Source: an uncultured virus (IMG/VR IMGVR_UViG_3300025770_000015) (taxonomy: Duplodnaviria; Heunggongvirae; Uroviricota; Caudoviricetes). Taken from it: a stretch of DNA of 64,000 nucleotides. Of this stretch, positions 27,738 through 38,400 are shown piece by piece. Below the pieces are notes generated by a model. The model saw nothing but the letters and a program-made list of their open reading frames with translations, had not been told where the DNA came from and did no database searches. Location of the stretch: the IMG/VR virus record IMGVR_UViG_3300025770_000015, one strand, 5' to 3'. Positions within the stretch are counted from its first letter, which is position 1. Every line of letters starts with the position of its first letter. Position numbers and translations under genes: made by a program.

Positions 27738-28841
27738 ATGTCAACTCATTGTCCAGCTTGTAAGAAAGTAGTAAAGGCAAAGGGTCTACCTTTGCACATT
27801 AAGGCTTGCCCCGATTGGGATACCAAGATTGGAGTTCCCTCGTCCGAGTTCAACTTCGATGAGTATTTCCAAAGGGGTTTGTATGAACCTCAATTGATTG
27901 AGAGTGTGGACTACCTGTCTTGTAAGATTTGTGGGTATCGTAAGAAGCGTATTGCCGACCATGTGAGGAAGGTGCATGGGTATGATGCGAAAGACTATCG
28001 TGCTAAGTATAACGCACTCACTTCGATACCTAAGACAAATGAGAAGCGTAAGGCTACAGTCAAAGAACGCTATGGTGTTGAGAATGTGTTCCAAGATGAG
28101 TCTGTAAAAGAGAAGATGAAAGAGACTAATCTTAAGCGTTATGGTGTAGAACAAATCGCCCATAGTGATGAGGTTAAAGAGAAGCGTAAAGCGACCAACC
28201 TAAAGCGTTATGGTGTAGAGAATGGGTTTGCTTCGGAGATCATCAAGGAACGCATTAAAAAGACGAACCTTGAGCGTTATGGTGTAGAACACCCTAATCA
28301 ATGTGCCGAGCATAGAGAACGCACTAAAGCAACCAATCTTGAGCGTTATGGTACAGAACACTATTTACAAACTGACGAGTTCCAGGAGAAGCGTATTAAT
28401 ACTTGTCTTGAAAGGTATGGACTTCCTTTTGCTCCAAGTAGTGTGGCGAATAGATCGTCCGACAAACCTAACAAGCTAGAAAGCTACTTTGACTCGATTA
28501 CACCAGAGAGGTTGGTCTACACAGGAAACTTTTCTTATTGGTTGAGAGAGAGCAATAGGGCAAGAAATCCCGACTTCATCTATTTGTCGGAGAGTCAGTA
28601 CGAGAGTTATGTTGCTGGTATTGTTATCTTGAATGACTTACGAGTGTATAAGGTGGTGGAGGTCTTTGGAGACTACTGGCATGGGGAATCAAAGACGGGA
28701 AAGAGCAATGAGGAGCATGAGGCAGAGGTAGTAGATTACTATGCTCGTTGTGGTGTGTCTTGCCTTGTGATTTGGGAGGGAGAGATTCGTTCAGACGAGG
28801 AGTCTGTGATTGATAGATTTGTGAGTTTCCTTACTTCGTAG
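27738..28841 (+). CDS. Free-standing putative homing endonuclease (repeat region + Vsr/PD-(D/E)xK-like domain)
   Basis: Six TNL[EK]RYG-type repeats; N-terminal Zn fingers; NPDF...VEVFGDYWHG...LVIWE. Confidence 0.78.
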   Translation: MSTHCPACKKVVKAKGLPLHIKACPDWDTKIGVPSSEFNFDEYFQRGLYEPQLIESVDYLSCKICGYRKKRIADHVRKVHGYDAKDYRAKYNALTSIPKTNEKRKATVKERYGVENVFQDESVKEKMKETNLKRYGVEQIAHSDEVKEKRKATNLKRYGVENGFASEIIKERIKKTNLERYGVEHPNQCAEHRERTKATNLERYGTEHYLQTDEFQEKRINTCLERYGLPFAPSSVANRSSDKPNKLESYFDSITPERLVYTGNFSYWLRESNRARNPDFIYLSESQYESYVAGIVILNDLRVYKVVEVFGDYWHGESKTGKSNEEHEAEVVDYYARCGVSCLVIWEGEIRSDEESVIDRFVSFLTS

Positions 28842-28904
28842 TAACCCCTTATTTATCATATAAAGACCGACAGGGTATGATTACGAGATATAAGGAGAAG
28901 CAAT

Positions 28905-31412
28905 ATGAGAAAAGAACAAGATGTAAATGCGTTCCTAAGAGGCATCCTCGAAAAAGAGGTCGGGGATAGCTTCACAACAATATCTGGTCGAAATTGGGCT
29001 ACCGATGGAGTCTTAGATTGGGAAACACCAAGTAAGACACCTGTAAGGGTTTTACTTGAAGCTAAGTATGGCACAGACCTAACGATTGAAACTGCTCGAT
29101 CAAGTGTTCTTGCTCAAGCTCTCTATTACTGCAAGAGGTTTGAGGAAAATGGGCATGATCTACCTAGCGTCATTTTCATTGGAGATGAAAAGTTTTGCTT
29201 TGTGGTGAGTTTTGAGTCTATCAAAAGTTTCTTAGACGCTAACATAGATTGGGGTAGACGACCTAGTTCACCCGATCCCGAACTAAAGGTAGCCGTTGAT
29301 GTGCATCTTGAGTCTGTGTTTGAAGTAGATGGGAAGAAGCTCAAACAACTTTGTGAGCAACTATCCGAAGGGGCTATTGTTAAGGTAAAGCCTTCGGAGA
29401 AGAACATCAGTGCAATGTATCAGTATTGGGTTGATCATATCTTTCCTAAAGATCGTTATCAGCCTGTTGAGATGATCGACCTTTTCTTCGGGTGTGTGTT
29501 TTACTCAGAGGAAGATGGCAACTATGCTTATGAACACCCTTCAAAGAAAGACACCATCATCTTGGGAGGCAAAGAGTACACTCTAAACCTTTCCTCTATG
29601 CGAGCATTCTTTGAGCGTAGAGAGCGTGGTTTATCTGCAAAAGACATTGATAAGCTATTATCTATGAGAGATCGTATCATCGAGGACGATACTCGTAGAC
29701 GACAAGGTGCGTTCTATACACCTACTTTATGGGTAGATGAAGCACATTCTGAGATGGACAAAGTGCTTGGTGAAACATGGAGAGATGACTGTATCGTGTG
29801 GGATTGTTGTGCTGGTACAGGTAACTTGACTAGAGACTATGACTTTAAGAATCTTATCTTATCTACTGCTGAAGAATCAGATGTTATAGCAATGAAAAGA
29901 GAAGAATATAATTATGGGTCAGAGGTCTTTCAGTATGACTTTTTAAACCCAGAAACAGAAAGTCCATTCTTTGAGGGAACTGACAATGTATTGCCCTTAT
30001 CTGTAAAGAAGATCTTAAAAGAAGGGGCAGAGAGTGGAAAGCGATTAGTATTTCTTATTAACCCTCCTTATGCTACCGCAGGTATAAACGGAAAAAAAGG
30101 AACTTCAAAAGAAGGCGTAGCTAAGACTATTGCAAATGAGGAAATGAAAAAAGCAAAATTAGGGTCTTGCTCTCAACAACTTTATACTCAGTTCTTATTT
30201 CAATGTGAGCGAGTAGCGTCTGAGTATGGATTTAAAAGTAAGAGCGTAGGCGTGTTCTCCCCCCCACTTATTATAACAAGTGGTTCTTTCTCTAAGTTCA
30301 GGCCCTACTGGTATAGCCGTTATAATTATAAGTCTGGCTTTATGTTTCAAGCGTCCCATTTCGCTGATGTGAAGGGGTCTTGGGGCGTTAGCTTTACACT
30401 GTGGAACGAGGGCAAGACTAATATAAAGCAGGACTTGCCTGTCACTTTAAAAGACATAAAAGATGATAGTATCATTTCCCTTTCTGAAAAGTATCTTTAC
30501 ACTTCCGATGGCAGAGAGGCTTCAAAATGGGCTATGGCTTATACAGAAAGAGGAATTTTAGATTTACCACAACAATCTTCTGGATTGTCTTTAAGTAAAG
30601 ATGGTAATTGTCGTGTGGCTTCCCCCCACCTTTGTTACATGAACAACAAGGGGAATTGTATAATGTATAACGCACAAGAGGTTTATATCACTTCTAGTGC
30701 TTGTAGTCGAAATAGGGGTTTCTCTTTAAATGCAGGTGAAAGCTGGAGACGAGCTATCGCCCTTTACTCAGCACGAAAACTCGTAAAGGGTAATTGGGTA
30801 AATGACAAAGACGAATATCTAGCTCCTCAGACTGAGAAAGAAGGTTATGAACAATGGGTAGATGACTGCCATGTTTATGCTCTACTTCATATTTCTAACA
30901 ACATGACCTCTATGAGAGATGTCGAGTACAAAGGTAAGACTCATAACATCCACAACCATTTCTTTTGGTTGACTCGTAAAGAAGCTCTTGACCTGTATGG
31001 CTCACATAAGAGTGCTAGAAGCCTTTATCGTGATGCCAAAGCAAATCCGATTCCCTCTCACCATGAGGGTGGTCTCGTAGACGCATCAGAATGGACTAAG
31101 AATGGCGACCCTTACTTTTCCCATGTCTTACCCTCGCTTAACCTTTCACCTCTTGCTCAAGAGATCATGAGCGATCTAAACGATCTTTTTGTTGAGAGCT
31201 TTGAGCTGAGGTCTAAGACATCAAAAGTCATTGAGAAAGGTAAGGAGATTGATCTCCATCTCAACGCTTGGGATGCGGGTATCTATCAACATAAGAAAAT
31301 GTGGTATACTGAGCCTACACTTAAAGCTAAGTGGGAGTCCTTAAGGGTAAAACATCAACAGCTCGCTAAAAGCCTTGAGCATGGTGTCTACACATTCGGG
31401 TTCTTAAAGTAA
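28905..31412 (+). CDS. Fused restriction endonuclease-N6-adenine methyltransferase (Type IIG-like)
   Basis: TDG...LLEAK nuclease motif; GAFYTP; WDCCAGTGNL; NPPY. Confidence 0.82.
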   Translation: MRKEQDVNAFLRGILEKEVGDSFTTISGRNWATDGVLDWETPSKTPVRVLLEAKYGTDLTIETARSSVLAQALYYCKRFEENGHDLPSVIFIGDEKFCFVVSFESIKSFLDANIDWGRRPSSPDPELKVAVDVHLESVFEVDGKKLKQLCEQLSEGAIVKVKPSEKNISAMYQYWVDHIFPKDRYQPVEMIDLFFGCVFYSEEDGNYAYEHPSKKDTIILGGKEYTLNLSSMRAFFERRERGLSAKDIDKLLSMRDRIIEDDTRRRQGAFYTPTLWVDEAHSEMDKVLGETWRDDCIVWDCCAGTGNLTRDYDFKNLILSTAEESDVIAMKREEYNYGSEVFQYDFLNPETESPFFEGTDNVLPLSVKKILKEGAESGKRLVFLINPPYATAGINGKKGTSKEGVAKTIANEEMKKAKLGSCSQQLYTQFLFQCERVASEYGFKSKSVGVFSPPLIITSGSFSKFRPYWYSRYNYKSGFMFQASHFADVKGSWGVSFTLWNEGKTNIKQDLPVTLKDIKDDSIISLSEKYLYTSDGREASKWAMAYTERGILDLPQQSSGLSLSKDGNCRVASPHLCYMNNKGNCIMYNAQEVYITSSACSRNRGFSLNAGESWRRAIALYSARKLVKGNWVNDKDEYLAPQTEKEGYEQWVDDCHVYALLHISNNMTSMRDVEYKGKTHNIHNHFFWLTRKEALDLYGSHKSARSLYRDAKANPIPSHHEGGLVDASEWTKNGDPYFSHVLPSLNLSPLAQEIMSDLNDLFVESFELRSKTSKVIEKGKEIDLHLNAWDAGIYQHKKMWYTEPTLKAKWESLRVKHQQLAKSLEHGVYTFGFLK

Positions 31413-31481
31413 GATTCTTATAACTGTTTTATACCCTTGTATTAGTAAGACAAGTCTTAATAGAAGACAAGGAGAGTTAAA

Positions 31482-32891
31482 ATGAAAAAAGACGCTTGTG
31501 TAATTGCACTCACTCATCTGAACGATAAAAAAGTAGTATTTAAGAACAGGGATCGAAACTACACCCCTAGTTTTAAGGTATTCCATGTGATTGCAGATAA
31601 TGGAACAGAGATTGTGTACTTTCAAGATACAATCTCTGGTTGGGTAGAAGGAATGAATGAATACGGCATTTGCATAACGAATGCGGCTTTAGCTGTAAAC
31701 CATGATGAAAAAGAGGGTAAGAAGCGTTTACCTGGAGATCGTAATCGGTTTTCTAAAGACGCTTGGAGGTTTTTAGAGGCATTGAAATGTAAGTCTCTTT
31801 TAGAAGCTGTGGATCGTATGACGAATTACAGAAAGGGTGTGAGAGGTCATACTATAGTCACTGATCACAAAAACACTTTTATAGTGGAGATGACAAGTCA
31901 ACATGAGGCAAAAGTAGAAGAGATTGTAGACAAAAACTTTGTGAGGACAAATCATGGAGCGAGACATCCCGATGCAGGTTATACACATGGGGAATCTCTT
32001 GAATCTTCAAAGCAAAGGCAAGAAAAGACCTATAAGCTACTAGACTCTAACCTAAGATCTCCTATGGACATGATTAGAAAACTATACAAACAGAGAATCA
32101 AAGAGATAGACAACCCTTTTAATGTTGTTCGTAAAGTGGATATGTACACTAGCAATCAGATTATTTTTGAGCCTTCAAAAAAGAAGATGACGATTATTAC
32201 AATTGATGAGGATGCTATTTATGAGGGGTATGAAAAGCAGTTCAAAGGCCCTGCAAAATGTAAGGTTTGCGTTAAGAAGGTGCATGAAAGCAAAGACGGT
32301 AAAGTAGTTCTTGAGAATGTAGACTTAAACCCATTAGAGGTTAAACCAAAATCCACGCATAAAAACGCACTAAAAGTTTTTGCCTATGGGTCTTTGATGT
32401 ATGAGCCGATTTCTTCAGATGACATTTGTAATGAAGGAAAGGCTTTCATTAATGGAATCTCAAGAAATTTGAATCTGCAATCCAAGAGTAGGGGTCACCT
32501 TGTTTTTGGAACTGTACCCTACGGAAGAATGGAAGGCACTTTATATGAATACCCTATCGAGAAAACGGAAGAGATTTTAAAAGAGTTAGACAAAAGAGAA
32601 GGGTTTAATGGAACAAGTACAAGTATGTACTTGAGAAGGACTTTGACAGCTTTTACGAAGGAGAACCCTGATGGTGTTTCTTGTATTGTTTACATCACCA
32701 ACGAGGAAAGCGATCAGTATCAAGGCTCTTTTGAAAAGCAAGAGATAGCAGAACTACTTTTAGAGAACCCTGACTTTGATGAATACTTCTATGGGACTAG
32801 CATCGCTTTAGACGCTATAAACGGACAGGATAAATACCTAAACAAATTGAAAGATGAACATTGGCCCAAGAAGATGGAAAAGCTCAAATAA
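31482..32891 (+). CDS. Ntn-hydrolase + GGCT/ChaC-like fusion, copy 2
   Basis: MKKDA-C, KNRDRNY, WVEGMNEYGI, RTNHG; VFAYGSLM, LDKREG; paralog of 15923-17320. Confidence 0.75.
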   Translation: MKKDACVIALTHLNDKKVVFKNRDRNYTPSFKVFHVIADNGTEIVYFQDTISGWVEGMNEYGICITNAALAVNHDEKEGKKRLPGDRNRFSKDAWRFLEALKCKSLLEAVDRMTNYRKGVRGHTIVTDHKNTFIVEMTSQHEAKVEEIVDKNFVRTNHGARHPDAGYTHGESLESSKQRQEKTYKLLDSNLRSPMDMIRKLYKQRIKEIDNPFNVVRKVDMYTSNQIIFEPSKKKMTIITIDEDAIYEGYEKQFKGPAKCKVCVKKVHESKDGKVVLENVDLNPLEVKPKSTHKNALKVFAYGSLMYEPISSDDICNEGKAFINGISRNLNLQSKSRGHLVFGTVPYGRMEGTLYEYPIEKTEEILKELDKREGFNGTSTSMYLRRTLTAFTKENPDGVSCIVYITNEESDQYQGSFEKQEIAELLLENPDFDEYFYGTSIALDAINGQDKYLNKLKDEHWPKKMEKLK

Positions 32892-33222
32892 AAAATGTAA
32901 AGCTCAAATCCTTCGTAAAAGCTGTATAACTTTAAATATCTTGAAAGGAATAAGCGATGTGGTGTCTCGAAGCAATTAAGCACATGAACAAACCCAAACC
33001 TAAAAAAACAAGCAAGGAGAAATCCAAGACTGAAAAATCACAATCCAAACCGAGAGAAGATCAAACTAGTTCGAGCTAGAAAGCGATCCATAGAAGTGAT
33101 TTGGTCAAGTCTTTGAGAAGAAGATCGAAGTCTATTTTAGAGAAATCCTTTAGAGTAGATTCTGGGTACCCTTGAGTTATCATGTGCGTAACCCTTTATA
33201 TATAACTAGTAAGGAGGTAAAC

Positions 33223-33573
33223 ATGATTACCACAAAGAAAAATGGAATGACAAAAATTGAGGTCGATGTTCTCGACTGCGATGAGTTCAAGTACGCATAC
33301 GCAGACCAAATCCTACAGGAGTTGGGGGTGGATCGTAGGGACGGGGTTGAGCCTTTAAGGGGTGGTGACCCTTGGTACATACAGGGGGATTTACATGGAA
33401 TCCATGTCTCTGCAACCTTCAATTCCTACGAAAATCTCACCCTGAGTGTTTTCGACAAGAAAGTTTCATATAAAGATTCAATGAAAGATACTTTAAACAA
33501 ATTTATTGAAACTTATAGGGAAGGGTGGAATGAACATCACCACAGTACAAGAAAAAGAGAGGGTAATGTGTGA
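33223..33573 (+). CDS. Hypothetical protein
   Basis: AAGGAGGT RBS; GTAACCCTTTAT at 33188-33199. Confidence 0.7.
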   Translation: MITTKKNGMTKIEVDVLDCDEFKYAYADQILQELGVDRRDGVEPLRGGDPWYIQGDLHGIHVSATFNSYENLTLSVFDKKVSYKDSMKDTLNKFIETYREGWNEHHHSTRKREGNV

Positions 33574-33913
33574 ACCCTCATATTATAAATGGTGGCAGAA
33601 TTGCTCCCCATCATTTAAAGATGTCTTGGAGAAAGTCTGCAAAGAATGTGGGTCGTCTGACCCCCCGACCTTTGATGACGATACCTCAACGGTGATCTCA
33701 TGCACCATTCATGGAGTTGAGATTACCATTGTCAAAAACACAAACCTAAACCCGAACCTCATTAAAACAAAAATGAGGTGCAAGACTGCAAAACATGATT
33801 GGATTTCTCTTGAGGTTCAAGAGTCTAATCTTTACATCCCCTATTTCCAAACATTCCTAAGCAATCTAAGGAATGTTTGGTATCAGCAATACAGAGTCGA
33901 TATAGGCGTTTAA
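33566..33913 (+). CDS. Hypothetical protein
   Basis: ATG 33566 overlapping the end of the upstream gene. Confidence 0.6.
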   Translation: MCEPSYYKWWQNCSPSFKDVLEKVCKECGSSDPPTFDDDTSTVISCTIHGVEITIVKNTNLNPNLIKTKMRCKTAKHDWISLEVQESNLYIPYFQTFLSNLRNVWYQQYRVDIGV

Positions 33914-34842
33914 GCCTCTTCAATGCCCTTTTGGATGGCTGTGATTACACCTTTAGTCTCAACAGCCATGATCGCTTCAAGAGTCGCTTGGTCATCACCG
34001 TACATCTCTAAAGCGATCTTAGCTCTCTTACTCCAATGCTTAGAGGTGTCCCACTCGATACCTCCTAAAAGAAATTTAATCTTAGAGTTATCTTTACCTA
34101 CTGCAACAGCACCCTGTGCAGGATCAACATCTCCATCAATCGCTTGAAGGATTTGAGCGTTCTCTAGGTCTTGCTCATCTACTTCCTCATCAAGATCAAG
34201 ATCAGAGAAAAGATCATCCTCTTCTGTGACCACTGGCTCGACAGTAGCAGTCTTGGTCACAGAGGCTTGCATATTGTCGAGTTTAGAAACTTCCGAACTT
34301 GCTTGATTCCCATCAGAAATCACAGTCTTGGTGCTAGTCGCTGTCTTGAGATTGACCTTACCCACAGATTTAGCCCCTTGATACTCTGCGACACCATCAC
34401 CTGCACTTGAAGCACCAGCAATTTCTGCTCCCGATTTATTCACCACCTTAGCAACAGGTCGAATGTCGTTATCTTGGTTCTCCACAACGAGAGGGAACTT
34501 CTTAGTTTTAGCAACCTTTTTTGGTTTAACCTCTGCAACAGCTCTTTCCTCATCATAGACGGTCTGAATAGGCATTGCTTTTTTAGGTGGTGCAGGTGCA
34601 GGTGCAGGTGCAACTTCTGCTACAGGATCACTCACACCCTCCTCAACAAGTGTTAGCCACCCTCGCTTAAGACCTGCCTTAAGTTCGGGCATATCTGTAT
34701 TTTGTCCGTTGAACTTGAGTGAGAAGCCGTCAAAGTCAACGATGTCTCCCTCATAGATGTTCCTCTCAAGGCGACCAAGATGAATGGTTGAGTTTGCCTT
34801 GAGCTGAACGAAGGTCCCTTTTTTGAATGTAAAGTCACTCAT
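33910..34842 (-). CDS. Hypothetical late protein
   Basis: 310 aa; Pro/Ala linker and acidic tract; late-type motif 34889-34903. Confidence 0.7.
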   Translation of the reverse strand: MSDFTFKKGTFVQLKANSTIHLGRLERNIYEGDIVDFDGFSLKFNGQNTDMPELKAGLKRGWLTLVEEGVSDPVAEVAPAPAPAPPKKAMPIQTVYDEERAVAEVKPKKVAKTKKFPLVVENQDNDIRPVAKVVNKSGAEIAGASSAGDGVAEYQGAKSVGKVNLKTATSTKTVISDGNQASSEVSKLDNMQASVTKTATVEPVVTEEDDLFSDLDLDEEVDEQDLENAQILQAIDGDVDPAQGAVAVGKDNSKIKFLLGGIEWDTSKHWSKRAKIALEMYGDDQATLEAIMAVETKGVITAIQKGIEEA

Positions 34843-34956
34843 TTATTTATTCTCCATTAATGTAGATTAGGTTATTTATACTCTACCTATAAACAAACTA
34901 AAAATCGCAACCTATATTACCATGAACCCTACAAATCTACACAAAAAGGAGTTCCC

Positions 34957-35424
34957 ATGTTTCTTTTATACGCTATACTATCCTACCTCCTCTGGGCATA
35001 CATACACGAGTACGCTCACCTGCTAACCGCTAAAAAACTCGTAGGAGTCAAGTCTTACTCCATGAAGATCTATCCTCATACCCATCCTCGACTTGGACTT
35101 GTGTTCGCCTCTGTCAGTTATGAGTTTGAAAAAACCATGACCAAAGCTGAAAAAACTAAGATCTCTTTCGCTCCACGAATCCCAGACGCAATCGCTCTTT
35201 TCCTGTTCCCCTTCACTTATAACTTAGATCTCTTTTGGATCATATTAGTTGGAGGGGGTTTGGTCGATACCATAAGAGGTTCGTTTATCTTTAGCCCTAC
35301 AAGCGACATCAAGAGATATTGTGATGGTTGGGGTTTACATTACCCCTACATCAGAACAGTCCAGTTATCGCTTGTAGGATTAAGTCTCTCTCTCTTTATT
35401 CTCCTTAGAGGATTACAAAGTTGA
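34957..35424 (+). CDS. Putative membrane zinc metalloprotease (HExxH)
   Basis: YIHEYAH next to a TM segment; several hydrophobic helices. Confidence 0.6.
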   Translation: MFLLYAILSYLLWAYIHEYAHLLTAKKLVGVKSYSMKIYPHTHPRLGLVFASVSYEFEKTMTKAEKTKISFAPRIPDAIALFLFPFTYNLDLFWIILVGGGLVDTIRGSFIFSPTSDIKRYCDGWGLHYPYIRTVQLSLVGLSLSLFILLRGLQS

Positions 35425-38400
35425 TAACAAGAGTTGCATCTGCGGAAAGTTCTCCACCTGTACGATTTACAGCACAAAACTTAAAGCTAGTTGCATTAAC
35501 GATAGTGTGTGCATAAACCTCAACATTCTTGTCTTGGCAAGTAGCGAGGATTACGCTTGTGGATAATGCAGAGGTATTATTCACAAGAAAATCGATTGAG
35601 TGTGCGTCATCTGCAATTGCAGTGTCTATTGTTGCTGTCACTTGGAAAGACTTAGTGTTGGTAGCAAGTAATGGGTTGTTACTTGCTCCTTCATCTCCTG
35701 TAAGCCCTGTAGTTTTAGTGATTGTAAGACTACCCGAATCAATGGTGACTTCTTGATCGTCCTCAATAGTCATAGCAAGAGTTCGAGCGTTTTCTACTGA
35801 CGCTCCACCATCGGCTGATCCACCTGTCTTAAACTCAATCGCACCACCTGTGGCATTACCTGTGGAAGCACCACCACTGATCGTAAGAGTAGTACCTGCG
35901 GTATTATCTGCACCAAGAGCAGAACCACCACGAAGCGTTCCGAGATCCACAGTAGAAAGATCTCCATCAGGAACAGCATAAGTATCCGCTGGCTCTGCTA
36001 CAGATGCTCTACCATGAAAAACCTTAAAGACACCACCCTTACCACCTGCGGTGTCTGCGGTTTCATAAACCATACCCATTAAGTAGTCGGCAGAGTTTGT
36101 ATCTCCATACGCACCCACAAAACCAACATCTCTATCATCAGCCGTACTCTGATAACCAAGATAAACAGTTGGGTCTTTAAAGAGCAAGGAGGTCGAGACC
36201 GCACTGCTATTTTGAATCACACCTGAGACAGTTAAGTTCCCAACTATAGCTGTTGTAGCTTCGGTTATGGTAAGAGTAGCGTTATCTGTATTAACGATGG
36301 TCGCACCACTACCGAAGTCTAAAGTATTACCTGTTACTGTAAGATCTCCTGCTGTGATTACAGTCGAACCTGTGTGTCCACCAAGAGTCATTGAGTGGGT
36401 ATTTCCTACAGAAGCACCGAGAATAGTTCCGTTTGAGAAGTCAATGTCTCCAGCGAAGGTTGCTTTCTTTAAATGAGTTAGAGTGAGGACAGGAGCAAGA
36501 ACCGCACCATTCGCACCCGCTGTCTGAAGAACAAGATCACCACCATCGCCTGTACCAACACCTCTACCAGAAGATAAGGTAAGAGTAGCTCCATCTGTGT
36601 TCCCTGCGGTTTGAGTTGGAGCTTTAATGGTCGTTGCAGTCGAAGTACCCACCCCTAATACGATGTCATTCCCACCAACAGTAAGATCACCCGCAACAGT
36701 AAGCATTTCATCAGTGTCCATAGTAAGAGTAGTAGTACCCTCACTATTTTGAATGATGTTATTGTTGATTCTGAGATCACCCGAAAGAATCGTAGTGGTT
36801 GCAGTTAGAGTGGTTGAAAACCCTGCTCCTGCAAAGGTAATGACAGTATCTGCATTCGCATTTTTAATATCATTTCCACCAACTTGAAGATCAGCAGAGG
36901 TCTTAACAATGTCTTCTGTTAAGAGTAGTGTACCTGCTGTAGTTGAGTCGATGATTGAACCTTCAGTTAGGTTGATCTTACCACCAAGTACCGTAACATC
37001 ACCTGCAAAGGAGGCATTTGATGAAGTTGCAGTGTCATGTGAGGTTAAAGTGAGAACACCTTGATAACTAGCATCGCCTGTCTTCTGACCACTGATGGTA
37101 AGAGTACGAGTACCCTCATCTGATCCTGTGATCGTCCAACTATCACCATTCGCAGTACCCAAAGAGGACTGAATGTTGATCACTGCATTTGTAGCGTCTG
37201 CCGCTTTGACTGTAAGATCACCACCATTAATATTAGCATCACCTGCAATAGTGAGGACACCTGCTTCATCAATAGAAGCGATTTCTGCGTCTAATCCATT
37301 CTGGAAAGTGAACTTATTATCGCCATCGGCATTCTCGTCCACCCTAAAGAGAATGTCCCCATCTGAGTGGAACGCTAATGTCGGACTTGCAATTTTACCA
37401 TTGGTAAGAGTGAGATTACCAATGGTAGTGCCTGTAAAGAAAGAGGAAGCTACTGTGGTGTCAGTGATACCACCTACTGATACTACTGCACCCCCAGTGC
37501 TAACAGTAAAGTTTTGTGTTCCAATCGCAGTACCCACAGAGAAGTTGGTGTTTGAATGAAATTTACCACCATCTACAGTGAATGAATCTGCCGAATCATC
37601 CCACTTCAAGTAAGCGTCAGTGCCATTATCTCCACCCTTTACAAACAAGAGACTGACATCTGTGTTCGCTCCACCTTTCGCCACATCAGTGCGATCAGAA
37701 TTGAAGATGATAGCGTTTCCGTCAGTGGGTGCTGACTTGACCTTAAGCGTATCGTCTAAGGTAGAAATACCTGTGACACCCAAAGTGGTCGTGATAACAG
37801 TCGCACCCGTATTTGATACGGTGAAGACAGAAGCATTAACATCAATACCACCATTAAGGTCTGCAAGACCACTGACTCCAAGAGTACCTGTAATGTCGAG
37901 GTCATAAGCAGGAGCGGCAGTCTTGATACCAACTCGATCATTACTCGCTTGAGCAAAGATCAAGTTAGCATTGCCATCACCCTCAACCCTAAAGTCGATG
38001 TCCACACCACCTTGATTGAACACAACCTCTTCTGTGGTATTTGTAGTGACGAAGGTGAGGTAAGATTGAGTACCGTTAGCCTTAACATCTCCTTTGACTT
38101 CAAGAGATGTCGCTTCATTATCAGTGAGGTTAATATCGAGGTCAGAACCTGCGATACTTGAAACACCACTGATCGCACCTGCTAGCGTGATACCACCACC
38201 AGAAGCGTCCAAAGAATCAACTGTAGTCGCACCGAAGTCACAAACACCTGTTGTTGTTAAAGTGTCATTACCAAAGGTAATCGCATCAGTACCAGAGGCG
38301 ATTGATCCATTATTGATAGTGAAGTTAGCAATCGTGTGTCCCACGCTATCGGTGGTGATCACACCTGTATTACTTACTGAGAAGTTTGAAGCTCCATCAA

